Part shown: positions 26,058 through 38,400 of the stretch, piece by piece
How the letters are laid out: each line of letters starts with the position of its first letter
Numbering within the stretch: the first letter of the stretch is position 1
Made by a program: the position numbers and the translations under genes
The notes under the pieces: generated by a model
What the model saw: only the letters and a program-made list of their open reading frames with translations
What the model was told of the DNA's origin: nothing
The model's database searches: none
DNA from: Hemiscyllium ocellatum
Taxonomy: Eukaryota
DNA: 64,000 nucleotides
Reading direction: 5' to 3'
NCBI RefSeq assembly: GCF_020745735.1
Contig: NC_083404.1
Coordinates: 11,904,001 to 11,968,000 of the forward strand

Positions 26058-26577
26058 GATCACTGCCGTCTGAGGGGGGAAAAAGGCAGCAACGCATGCG
26101 CGGAGAACAGTTAAAGCCTGCCGTTGGAAACTGTCTATGTTGCTGCCTGAGTCAATGCGGCAACAGCAGAAGGGTTTCAAAAAAAAAATCCGATGATTTA
26201 CTCTGTTCCTTGGAAGCAACGCCTCTCGTTAAAAAAAATAATAAGTGAGGGATGGATAGGGACCTGGAGTAATTGAAAAAGGGGGAGGTGACAGCACTGA
26301 AGTGGCCTCCTCGGTAGGGGTCCTTGGCCCCGGGGCCGAGCAGGTTCCTTATTTAAAGAGTGACGCGGATTGAAGATGATTAGAGTCGGGGGGAGGAGGT
26401 TGTGCTGGAGGTATTGGGGGCAGGGCTGGTACAGCAATTGGACACTAGGGGAAGAGAGAGCAAGGGTAACACTTATATATTCGTATTCCGAGCAGACGTT
26501 TCGCCTCGCCTTCCCCCCCTCCCCGCGCTCCCTGTAGTAACGGCCCGGCCTCCTGTCTTTTCCCCCCGGCACCCGCC
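26058..26577. promoter_or_regulatory. Compact divergent RPL7/RDH10 promoter region in a CpG island; NRF1-like GCGCATGCGT at 26092-26101; TATTTAAA at 26350-26357
   Basis: 520 bp between the two ATGs, CpG-rich, motifs visible in sequence. Confidence 0.7.
26072..26086 (-). promoter_or_regulatory. 5'TOP / TCT-type polypyrimidine initiator of RPL7 (CCTTTTTCCCCCCTC)
   Basis: 15-nt pyrimidine run 14 nt upstream of the RPL7 ATG, as expected for ribosomal protein genes. Confidence 0.85.
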
Positions 26578-27027
26578 ATGAACATCGTCGCGGAGTTCTT
26601 CGTTGTCATTTTCAAAGTGCTCTGGGCTTTCGTGTTGGCCGCGGCGAGATGGCTGATCAAGCCCAAGGAGAAGAGCGTGTGCGATCAGGTGTGCCTGATC
26701 ACCGGAGCCGGCAGCGGGCTCGGCCGGCTCTTCGCGCTGGAGTTCGCCAAGAGGAACGCCGACCTGGTGCTGTGGGACATCAACCAGGAGAGCAACGAGG
26801 AGACGGCCGAGAAGGTCCGGCAGCTGGGCGCCAGAGTGCACACTTACACTTGCGACGTGAGCAAGAGGGGCAGCGTCTACCGGACGGCTGACTTGGTGAG
26901 GAGAGAGATCGGAGATGTGACGGTGTTGGTCAACAACGCAGGTGTAGTGTCCGGACACCATCTCCTCGAGTGTCCCGACGAACTTATCGAAAGGACCATG
27001 ATGGTCAACTGCCACGCTCACTTTTGG
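26578..27027 (+). CDS. RDH10: Retinol dehydrogenase 10 (SDR16C4), first coding exon, 150 codons, phase 0
   Basis: Kozak GCCATG; [32 protein letters not shown] Rossmann motif, [26 protein letters not shown]; donor gtgagt at 27028. Downstream exons were not found in the window. Confidence 0.95.
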
Positions 27028-30000
27028 GTGAGTTTGAAGAGCTGGGAAAGTGTTTTTTTATCTATTTCCAAATACGTTTAACTGTTGGTAATGTCACTTA
27101 ACAGCCTCTCCTATTTTCCCTACAGTTTACAGTATTAGGCACAAACGCTGTCCTGGGATAAATGAATCAATTTCATTAAAATTGAATAAATTACATCTTT
27201 GTACTGATGAGCCAGGTGTATTGAGATGTGGCGGAAGTTTTCTAATTTCACTAAAGAATGTAGTGTTAACAATGTAAAAGTACACATGCGTTAATTGAAT
27301 GAAAAGTAGGGAAATAAACGCTTGAAAGCAACTATCCGCGTCCCACTAACGATACAAGCTTTTTTCCCCTATAAACTCACTCAGGCTGGTGGTTATTAAA
27401 TAGCATATACTTCACTAATTTAATGATGCAACAGAAACTGTTTCTTAATCTTTTGACTTAAAAACAATTCTCATTTTAACCCCGATCCTTGTGATTCAAA
27501 GCGGTTCCCGGTGATTTGCTGATGCCTCACCGGAATGGTTTCCGGTCCTGAGGGTAAACCCTCGATATCGACCCGCATTCACCCCATCGAAATAGCGATG
27601 TGAGAGATCGCGCATCTTTGGACTTGCCAAAAAGTCCGATGCTTGTTCAAATACAAGCATTCACTTTAAAGTTTTCAAAATCTTTCCTGAATGCTTTCTA
27701 GCTGCCGATATACATAAAGCACAATCTGTTTTCATAACCTTTTTTCTGAAGACTGAAAAACTTGCACGAAATCAATGGCCTTTAACAGAATCGACGGACT
27801 TTTAAAAGCTACAACCGAGAGCAACCAATGAATACTCGCTCTGAGCAACATTCTGATGCTGGGGAATCTCCACACTTGTTTCCCTTGTTAATGTTAACGA
27901 CCCTACTAGTTGGGCTAGGGATCTTGCGGTGCCGTGGTAGTGGCCCTAACTCAGTCCCGAGGTTTGGAGTTCAACCTCTTCGACCAGGTGGATCAGGGCA
28001 AAATAAGCTGTAGTTGAATTGTGACAGGCGTGTTACTGTTTCGGAAAAGACTCTAACCTCTATCCCACTAGCACTATTAAACCGATTCCTTCTTGACGCG
28101 AGTTCGCTCAATCCTCTTTTTGAACTGTCCGAACTGTTAATTTCTACTGTAAAGTTTGCTGTGATTGCATAACCTGCGTCGATGGTAACTGTACACATTT
28201 TTAAAAAAATAAAACCAGATCGTAGTAATGAGTGCCGTTTCTATGAGGATCTAACCCCTGTAAACTGAATCTACAATGTGAATAAAAGCGAAGTACTGTG
28301 GCTGCTGGAAATTTAAGTAATGAAGTGGTTATTCCACAGCATTGCGTGAGTGTATTTTATTTTAATGACCAGTTTTGTTCACGCGCTGTTATCGACAATA
28401 AACACGATTCTGGAACTCCCCAAAGGAGTTCCAAATAGCGTGTCGCTTCAAAGATTTCACCTCACATGAATTTGGGGCTGTAAACGACTAAGGCTGATGC
28501 TTTTTAAGTGAAAGTACTAAGTTTCAAAGTCTGTGTCATTTTTACATCTTCAGCATTTACATTTAGTTTTTTTTGTATAGGTTTTAAACATTTGAAGGCC
28601 TGGGAGGTGTCATGTTCCAACTTAATTCCATGTGTAGTGTGACTTTGTTTCATACCGTTCAGATCTAGCTGAAAGATAGCTGGTGAAATTTGGTTCTGAC
28701 TCAGTCGAATTACTGTAGACTCTATTCATGGAAGACGTGTGACTTTTGTGTGACCAGTGAGACAATATACGCGTCAGTAGCACTGGGTTTAAATAAATCT
28801 ACCACTCCACTAGATTTAAACTACAGTAACCATTCCTCTATTTTCAGCATGCTTCTGCACCAAACTTTTAAAAATAAAAAAAAATGAAAGCCTGGATCTA
28901 TTTGTCACCTGAATAGTGCATTACTTCTTTACAGTTAGACCTGTGATTTCATTTTCAAAATAAAAGGAATTCTGGGTGCTAAGGACACCACTGTAAATGC
29001 TATACCAATATTACAGTTGCTTCCATTCTACCATGTATTGGATAACAGATTTTAACCTGAACCCCTGGCTGAAGTGTGATAGCTCGAGTGATGCCTCTGC
29101 CTGGAAAATACATAGTACCATCTGCTTATTATGAGCCAAGCTACTCTAAGTGAAAGTGGGATAATGAGTCTGCCTTTACAAATAGCTGGCCAAATTTAAA
29201 CTGATGGATTAGCTCTGAAAAATTCAGCTTGAATTCACAATATAGCAACAATGCAATGGAACATAGAACAGTACAGCACGGAACAGGCCCTTCAGCCCAC
29301 GAAGTTGCACTGACCACAATGTTGAAGCTTGAATTGCTATACTCTGAAATTTTGAACACCAAGCACATCTGGTTCTGAAGTAGAGCAAACTATCTCTGAC
29401 AATCCCACTCTAGTAGCATGAAAACATATTAAGGCTTAACTAGAACTTCAAAAACATGGAATATAGCTTCCCCTTTTGCCTCTGCCAGTTCTGAAAGTAG
29501 TGAGTACAGTGTAATCTATATACAGAAAATTGCCAAGCATAGTGTTTTCTTACTCCATTTCCCCCACTGGTCAGAAAGTCTGACAGTACATTAAATTATC
29601 TTGCCTCTTCAGTCTAATACTCTTCAACTCCTTGAATTCTGTGCATGGACTGCAAAACCCTAAGTTGTTCAGTGGAGTGACTATAGTGTGACCTGCAGAA
29701 ACAAGTGGAAAGAGCTCCTTGCAGATCCCATTGAATTGGAAGGTAGAATGTATCTTTGTGCAAATGATCACAGCACTAAATATTTTTGGCATTTATGTTT
29801 GTATTTTGTTTGCAATCCATCCATGCAGCTACATATCCTGACCATTAAGTGGCACTACTGTAATTTTCTTAGACTATATTTCAGTAATCTTTTATTCTTT
29901 CAAACTAGCTTTGATTCTTTAAAACCACCTTTATCCGTTTTACTGTCATTCAATGAGATCATGGCTGATCTGATCCTCCTCTAATCCACTATCCTGCCTT

Positions 30001-33000
30001 TTCCTCATAACTATTGATGATCTTAGTGATTAAAAAAAATCTGTCTGTACTTAACAACCCAGCCTTTACACCCCATTGCAGTAAAGAACTCCACAGTTTC
30101 AGTACCCTCAGAAGAAATTCCTCCTTGCCTCTGTCTTAAAGGGTGACCCTTATTCTAAGGTTGTCCTGTGCCTAGACTCTCCCACAAAAGAAAACAAACT
30201 CTCTAGATTTACCCTGCCATGTTTTTTGGATTTAATCAGATACTGTCCTCCAATCTGAAACACTTCAAAGCTTTTGAGAGTTAAAAATATAAATAATCCT
30301 TATTTTTAATCATATTTGCTCTGGAGATTTTAACTAAGGATGTCTCCCTCAAATAGTGATTTTAACTGATTTATAATTTGGATGTATACCTTTCTCTTTC
30401 ATTGCAGGCCTATAGTTTCACAGGATAGTTGCCATTCTAGCCTGGGTAGACGTCTTGTAAAGTCATATATTCTTTGTTAGCTGCAAGGCTTCTTATTGTT
30501 GAATTGCCAGAAACTCCACTTTCCAATGCACAGTAACTTAAGACAGCTTGGGATGGTGCTAGGAAGAAGTCCTTCTATTACTTGAGGAGTAGTCATTTAA
30601 CATTAGTTGCACAGCTCTCTTGGAGCCTGTTCGACCGCTTTCAGATGATTTTTAAGTCATAGGACAACTTCTAATTTTCAAAAGCATATAACATATGTAA
30701 ACAGGTTCAGGGTAAAACTGAAGTTTCAAGTCCCTTTCCCAACTAAGGTGATGTGTTAAGCAGATGCATGTTCTGAATTGTAGCTTTTCACACTTCATTT
30801 GAGACAGCCAAGATTTGTGCTTGTCTTGCCCCTTGATCCCAAAGTAAGGTTGATGGATTATTTCCAATGTCTCATTTGTCTATGACCAAGCAGAAAAGGG
30901 AGGCAGCTGGAATGCTGCACATTTTAAGAAAGTGTCAATTTTCCAAGTTGCTGTGATTATGCATATTAGGGTTTTTTTCTTGAATTTCGTGACCATGGGA
31001 ACTGATACTGCCAAAAGTCTTGTCTGCTGGAGCCATCTTTTCCCTTTTTTTTAAAACAGTATGGCTTTAAAATTTGTAACATCATGCCTGTACTGGGCAT
31101 GAAAATTGAATGAATCAAATGTTTAACTTGATTCTTTTGATTCAAATTTTGACCTGTTGTGCAAGGACTTTGTGACATTGGATCACCCTTGTTGGATCCA
31201 CTAAAATGACTGAAGTCTTTAAGTGAGGGTGCATTCACTGTCTCAATGCTGCAGGATTGTTACAAGGGAATGTCAAATACAGGATTTCTCTGGAGTCTGT
31301 ACAAGGAACGTTGTATTTTCATGATCTGTGCTAATGACCTAAACTTATATAAAACAGAAATTTTGATTGTGTAGATGATACAAAGCGTTGTAAACTGACA
31401 ATAGTGATGAACTTCAAAAGGACATAAAACATGACTGTGGAATAGGTGGACACATGACAGATGGAATTAAATTCCATGAACTCTGAAGTGATACATTTGT
31501 GAAGGAGAAACAAAAATGCAATATTAAGTAAAGAATATAATTCTAAAGGGAAGGAAAAAGCAGAGGAACCTGGGGGTTATTAACAACACTGCATATGTGA
31601 AAGATACAAACATTAAATATAATCGAGGGAAGAGTGATAAATGAGGCAGGTGAGTGGTCGTGCCTCAACTGCAGTACTGTCAAATTCTGAGTACAGTGCT
31701 TCACAAATTATATGAAGGCTTTAGTGTTGCAAAATTTTAATCATTTCTTGGTTTGTGATTCTGGTTAAAAGGTTAGTTTGGAGAAGCTTTTTTTTTCTCA
31801 GCTGTTCAAAGTTATTAGAAACACAGTGCATTAGGAATAACTGTGCACCTATTAAAGCATTGAGAGCCAGTGGCAATGTAAGTTTTTGCTTCTATGTTGC
31901 CAGTGATTGGGATTTGGCATTCACTCCTGGAGTATGAAAGACAAATTGTATCACTGCTTTAAAAAGGGAACTGGATAGTTTTCTAAAGAGAGGTTTGTGA
32001 CCTGAGGGGAAAAGCCAGGGAAGTGAGTTGCTCTTCCATTACTGACAGGAAACAAAGGACCATGCAGCCACCTTTGTTGTTATTCTATCATCTCCAGTGG
32101 ATTTTAGCCAGGAAATACAGATTTTCATGAAAGATTTTTTTGGAAGTTTTAATTAAAAATTTCAGACAACAACATCTGTTTGAGATTTTGAAGCTTTTTC
32201 TTAGACTAATGTCTGTATAAGTGAAGCTAAATTTCTTGAACTTTAATAATTAGTTTGCTTCAGTGCAATTGCTTAGATTGCATCCTAAATGTAAGGGAGT
32301 ATCTTTAGAGATTTAATTGTTAATTGGCTGCAAGAATTTAAAACTACTTTTTTCAGTTTTTCAATTGAGGACTTACAAAGAGGATGATAGTAAAGATTTA
32401 TCGCCAGTGGCTCATTTGAGTCAGATTCTGGGTTTCATCCCTCTCCAGGAATTGGACATAAACATCCGGGTTCGTACTCCATCCTGCAAGAGTACCTCTC
32501 TCAAATCAAGAGCAGTGTAGCTTTCCAAAACCTACTAATCCTGAGGGTTAAGAGCCCACTTACGTAAAGCGAATTGGGTTTCAGTAATGCAGGAACTGGG
32601 AGCAGAGGTGGACGTGGTCCTAATCACTTAGACTCATGTTTTCAGAGGGGCTTTCATAGCACCGCATCTCTCTCAAGTGACTGCTCACACTCTGGGGCTA
32701 GTGAAAACCACACTACATCTTTTGGTAACTCTGAACCCTTGGTTCAACTTGCAGTTTTTACTTTACGGGTAGCAACACTCATTTTGTGCACAGCTTTGTC
32801 AATCATTACTACAGGCCACACTGAAGTTCTTGACTCTAGAACCTGGTTGTTATCCCTGATTTGACAAAGCTCCTTGATGTGGTATCCTAAGTGATTACTT
32901 TCAGACTGATCGGCCTAACCGGAATGTGAGTCTCCCTTCTGTGAACAGAGCATATAAACATAAGAAATTGGAGCAAAAGTAGGGCATTTAGCCCTTCAAG

Positions 33001-33077
33001 CCTGCCCCAATATTCAATAAGATCATGATAGGTCTTATGTTTTGAACTCCTTAGATTCCCATCTACCTACATACTGT

Positions 33078-33187
33078 CTGATGAAACAGCAGTGCTCCAA
33101 AAGCTAGTGCTTACAAATAAACCTGTCTGACTATATCCTGGTGTTGTGTGATTTTTAACTGATCCAACAGTAGCATCTCCAAATCAT
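33078..33187 (+). mobile_element. Solo Penelope family B terminal repeat with a degenerate hammerhead (similar copy ~38995-39125)
   Basis: CTGATGA..CAGCAGTGCTCC.AAAGCTAGTG..CCTGGTGTTGTGTGATTTTTAAC. Confidence 0.7.
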
Positions 33188-33389
33188 CTTTTCCAGTTTT
33201 TTTTTTACTCTATCTACCAGATTTCTGCCAATTCACTAAATTGGTCTACAATTTTAAGTTGTCTTCACAACATACTATTCTACCTATCTTCAGATTTGTC
33301 TATGAATTTATCTGCCATTCGCTCTCCCTCATTTGTTATAGAAAGCTGAGGCCACCATAGATCCATGCAGAGCTCCACTTGTCAGAAAA

Positions 33390-35490
33390 AAACAATTTTT
33401 TTTCAATAAAAATATTTTAAATTTACTCTTACAAAAATACAAAGATACAGAAGAATAGAGATAACACAACATTATTTTATTACAATAATAGTAACAATAA
33501 AATACTTACTATACAGGATACAATTATCTCCTGCTTACTTAACTTAATTCAAGTTGAATTAAAATCATTAAATGAAGTGAAATTAAATTAAATTACATTA
33601 CATGACATTACTCCACTTGCCACACTTCCACTGAAGCTCCCATCCATGGGAGCAACAGTTATTATACCCGTATTTGCTAAGCCTTCTCAGCTGGAGTCCC
33701 TGGACCACCAAATCTGGCCCTCGTGGCTATGTAAAGGCCCTAATCAGGATTGCCGATCAATCCTTGCCTATCTAATTTAGAAAGGGTCATTACGTCATAT
33801 AAAATTTCTGTGTTCTGTAGTGGACCATGTTTGTAAGATAGTCTTGGGTGATGTGCTTCATTGTGGGTGTGCACCTCCCTCTAATACGGGGGGGGGTGTA
33901 TGTTCTGATATCCACTTCATGTGAATGTTCTTGCACAGTGTGTAAGAATGTTAAGTAACTTTTTAACGTGCTCATTCAGGGAGGGTAGATTCGGCAGTAC
34001 CAAAACAAGGGATATCAGGTCTGCTTTTTACTTCAATTCCCAGGATCTTCTCCAGCTCATTCACAATGGCATCCCAGTATCCATAAATCTTGTAGCAGGC
34101 CCAAAAGCAATTTGTAAGGGTACCTGTGCTAATTTTATATTTGGGACTTATAGAGTCAGAGAGTTGTAAAGCATAGAAACAGACCCTTCAGTCCAACATA
34201 TCCGTGCTGACCAGATATCTCAACCCAATCTCATTCCCACCTGCCAGCACCCAGCCCATACCCCTTTAACCCCTTCCTATTCATATACCCATCCAGATGC
34301 CTTTTAAGTGTTGCAATTTTATTAGCCTCCACCACTTCCACTGGCAACTCCTTCCATACACATACCACCCTCTGCGTGAAAAAGCTGTTCCTTGGGTCTC
34401 TTTTATATCTTTCCCCTCTCACCCTAAACTTGCACCCTCTAGTTCTGGTTCCCCCACCCCAGGGAAAAGCCTTGGTCTATTTATCCTATCAATACCCCTC
34501 ATGATTTTATAGACCTCTATAAGGTCACCCCTCAGCCTCTGACACTCCAGGGAAAACAGTCCTAGCCTATTCAACCTCTTCCTACAGCTCAAATCCTCCA
34601 ACCCTGGCGACATCCTCGCAAATCTTTTCTGAACCCTTCAAGTTTCACAATATCTTTCTGATAGGAAGGAGACTAGATTTGCACACAATATTCCAACAGT
34701 GGCCTAACCAGCCGTAACATGACCTCCCAACTCCTGTACTCAATACTCTAACCAATAAAGGAAAGCATACCAAATGCCGCCTTCACTATCCTATCTACTT
34801 GCGACTCCACTTTCAAGGAGCTATGAACCTGCACTCCAAGGTTTCTTTGTTCAGCAACACTCTCTAGGACCTTACCATTAAGCTTATAAGTTAAGATTTG
34901 ATTTACCAAAATGCAGCACCTCACAGTTATCTAAATTAATCTATCTTCCCACTTCTTGCCCAATTGGCCCATCACATCAAGGTCCCGTTGTAACTCCTGG
35001 AGAAGATCCTTACTCAAACTTTGTGAACCTCTCTGGTGCTATATGGGCTCTGTGAAGGATCTTCAATTGCATAACCTATGCTTTATTTCCTACTAAAATT
35101 TTTTTCACATTCTCCCGTATATCCTCCCATTTTTCCAATGAAATTTCTTCTCCTGGTTCCTGATTCCCGATCCCTTGGAGTCTCTCCATTATCTCCCAAG
35201 GAGCCCCTTCTGTGTGGGTATATGGTACTGACCAAGAGAGCGCTCCCATATTGGAGCACTCTTCTCTCTGTCTGGCTTGTAGGGCTGAGCCAAAAGCATG
35301 ATCTTTTTCTGCATGTAATCCCTAACTTGAAAGTATCAGAAGAGTTCTCTACTAGGTATCCTGTATTTTTGACTTAATTGGTTAAAAGACATCTAGGCAT
35401 CTCCCTCAAATAAGTCTCCCAAACAAGAGATTCCCTTACCCTCCCATGCTTTGAAGCTGGAGTTAAAGACAGGCTTTTATGTATAAATTG
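33390..35490 (-). mobile_element. Degenerate L1-like LINE 3' remnant, interrupted by a CR1 copy
   Basis: T-run with TTCAATAAAA end at ~33396-33412; residual ORF2 C-terminal-like reading (MVHYRTQKFY..PFL). Confidence 0.45.
34150..34997 (-). mobile_element. CR1/HER1-like LINE 3' fragment
   Basis: RLNRLGLFSLE..RLRGDLIEVYKIMRG and FFTQRVV.VW..LP..VVEA in the ORF track; CR1 tail. Confidence 0.88.
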
Positions 35491-38400
35491 TATTCTACCA
35501 GTTAGCCAATCTTCTGTCCGTGCTAAATATGTTGCCCCCTACACAATGTCTATTTACTTTCCATAATAACCTTTGATATAGCACATTGTGATGGACAATA
35601 AATACTGACCCAGCCAGTGATGCCAACATCCCATGACTAGATTTAAGAAAAAAATACAGGCAATGTTTCTGTAAAATCATTAGTTCAATGTAAAATTTTA
35701 AGGTTTTAAAATATATTCTTTCCTCTTAAATTTACTAGAAAGCACCTTTCGAATTCCAGGCCAGTTCATAACTGTCTGTGCTGACATAGCAGGGTCTAAA
35801 ATAAAGCACTATCTTGTTTGACTTGCATAAACTACAGCATTATCTTTTTCTGAAATGGAATGTGGGCATGTTTATGTCATCATGTACCAATGCAAATTGA
35901 GTTTCCAAAAATAAAAACTCTTCCCTGACAATAGCATATGGAAAGTTACTTATAGAAGACCATAAATCCTTGCGTAGTCAAAAAAACATTTGTTAAATCC
36001 TTCAGAGTATTTTCAAGTTACTGCAAATGAGATTTGTTTATCTGAAGTAGTCTTGTTGATCATCTTTGTTGTTTTAAATAAAAGCCTCCTTGGAGGAGGA
36101 ATCTGTTCTAAGCCACTGTCATATGACTAATATTAAGCTATAAATTGGTATTCCACACCAATCTATTGTAATACCGTTTCTTAATATACTTAATTATGGA
36201 GAAATACAAATACTTAATTTTATTTAATAAGCTAGAGAATTAAGATAGATCACAATCTCTGAATAAGTGAAGAATTCACTCCAGTACATTGCTTACTTTT
36301 GCCATACTATTTATTCGACATTCTTAATTTTCTGAGACATTTCCCTGCCTGGTTGGTACTCTTGAGAACAAGGCTGAAAAAATAAACTTTTTTGTTTTAA
36401 CCAGCTTTCATCCAACTAAGGAGGTTTTGTTTGAATCAGCATTCAACAACTTGCTTGGAAAATTCTGCTCACATTTTGATAGCTGTGGCAAATTCTAGCC
36501 CTGCAGCTGAGACAACCCTCCAGATTCTTGTCATTTAATGATAACTCACAATGCTAATTGATCCTTAAAATGCCAAAGATTCAAATACACATTTTTATAA
36601 ATAAAACAATAATTTCTTCTGCTGTCCATACTCTTATATTTATACCAAATATCATTGAATTCCACCACTTAGTTTGAGTTGTATAAGTAGAGATCAACAT
36701 GTTACTTCCACCGCCTTCAGTGGCAGAGATAATAAGTTTTGGACCAAATTGGAAATTTTCTTCACTTGTGACTCTTTGGAATTCTCTCTGCTTGGGAGCT
36801 ATGCATGATTTGTACAGGTTGTTGGATTCCTAAGTAAGAGTGAATGAAGATGAAGTTGAGGTAGAACAGCAACAAACTAAATGGCTTTCTCCAGTTCCTT
36901 ATGTTCTTAAAGCACCAAGGTTATAAAAGGTGCTAAATAAATGCATGTGTTTTCTTTCCTATCTCTCTCTCTCTTTGCTACCATTTTTCCAGCAGTGACC
37001 TTATTGCTAGATGCAGAATTTTGTTGCACACTCTAAGTGAAAATACCTTGGTTTGAATTTCAAATTACATTCAGATTTTATTTCTATCCTAATTTTGTTA
37101 TCCAGTTATGTTGTCTGTCTGATCAGTTTTAATGTCAGAACAATCCCTCTCTCTGCTATTCTCTGTCTCTAAACAAGAAATTTAAGGTTAGTATAGTAAT
37201 TTAAGTCAAACAAAACCACTATGTCGGAATTAATTCCGACAAATTGTCTCTTTTGAGAAAAGAGTTCCAAAAATTTCCCAATTTTTATTCATTGTATGCA
37301 TCTTTTTAATTGTACACCTAGCTTTAGAAGATGTAAACAACCAAGGGAGAGTTAATTTTAACTGGCTATTTGCAGAGGTGCATTTTCAAATCTGTTATGA
37401 TGCACCATCTTAAGTGGGCTAATTGATTTTGTAAGCTTGGTAATATTTTTGTTTCAATGAAGCATATGTACTCCACCCAATGTGCGTTTTGTTTTTGAAA
37501 GCTATATTAATATGAAGCAAATGAAAAATAGGAGACTAATCTTAATAATTAAATACAATAATGAGGGTTGTGCGGCAAGACAATGAAGAGAAAACAGTGC
37601 ATTCAAGCTAAAAGCAATTAATGGCAAGCATTATTTTTAAATTTATTTGTAAAGCTACTGTAAGTAAAGCTGATGCTATGTGAGTTTATTTTTAAGGATT
37701 AATTCCGGGGAACAGGTCAGCACCTTGAAGTGAGATATTTTGAGTTTGATTAGTGGGGGATGCTTTACTGGAGAAAATATGAGCACTAAAGTTATTTAGG
37801 AGAGGTGGGGTTTGCCTGTTGTGAAGGAGAGGATTCATTCTTTTGGAGATCTTATTCGCAAAGTTTCATCCTTCTATCCACCACCACACCACATTATTCC
37901 AGCCCAGTAAATGAGATACTGATTAGACATCAGCAAGAGCCTAGTGCGATCTCCACTGTAAACTTTAGTGCTCCTGCTAAGCAAACATTCATGTCTAGCT
38001 GTGAAATGTGAATATGTAATATTGGTTGATATCTTGCATTGTAGTAATTTGCCTCCTGCTCAGGTGGACATAATGTCTGATGGTATTACTCGAGAGTACT
38101 CAAAGTGCCTTTGTACAAAAAATATAGGGCATAAGCTTGTCAATGATTTAAGGTCAAAGGACAAGGAGGGTACTTGAGGACAGTATTCATGTTGTAAGTT
38201 TAAAATGATCTAGGATGTACTGACCTGAAGAGTGGAAATTATCCAGTAGTATTCAAGAAGTATACTTGAAGTGGGTAAATGGAGTGGAATGGGGCAAATC
38301 GTAAAGAACCAGAATGGGCACAGAACAAATGGCTGCATTTTTGTGCTATATCAAAGTTATTTAACTTGTTTGCCAAATTGTGTCTACAGGGAATTATACT

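Noticed and set aside
26473-27021. 182-aa antisense ORF and overlapping ORFs around RDH10 exon 1
   Set aside because: Shadow ORFs of a GC3-rich coding exon; no independent evidence.
27028-27081. ORF-track extension of RDH10 ([17 protein letters not shown])
   Set aside because: Read-through past the gtgagt donor into the intron; the catalytic YxxxK exons are not in this ORF.
38151-38163. Near-perfect DR1 nuclear-receptor site AGGTCA-A-AGGACA in the RDH10 intron
   Set aside because: It sits in what looks like a decayed CR1 3' end (~38080-38360); a single motif is expected by chance without conservation data.
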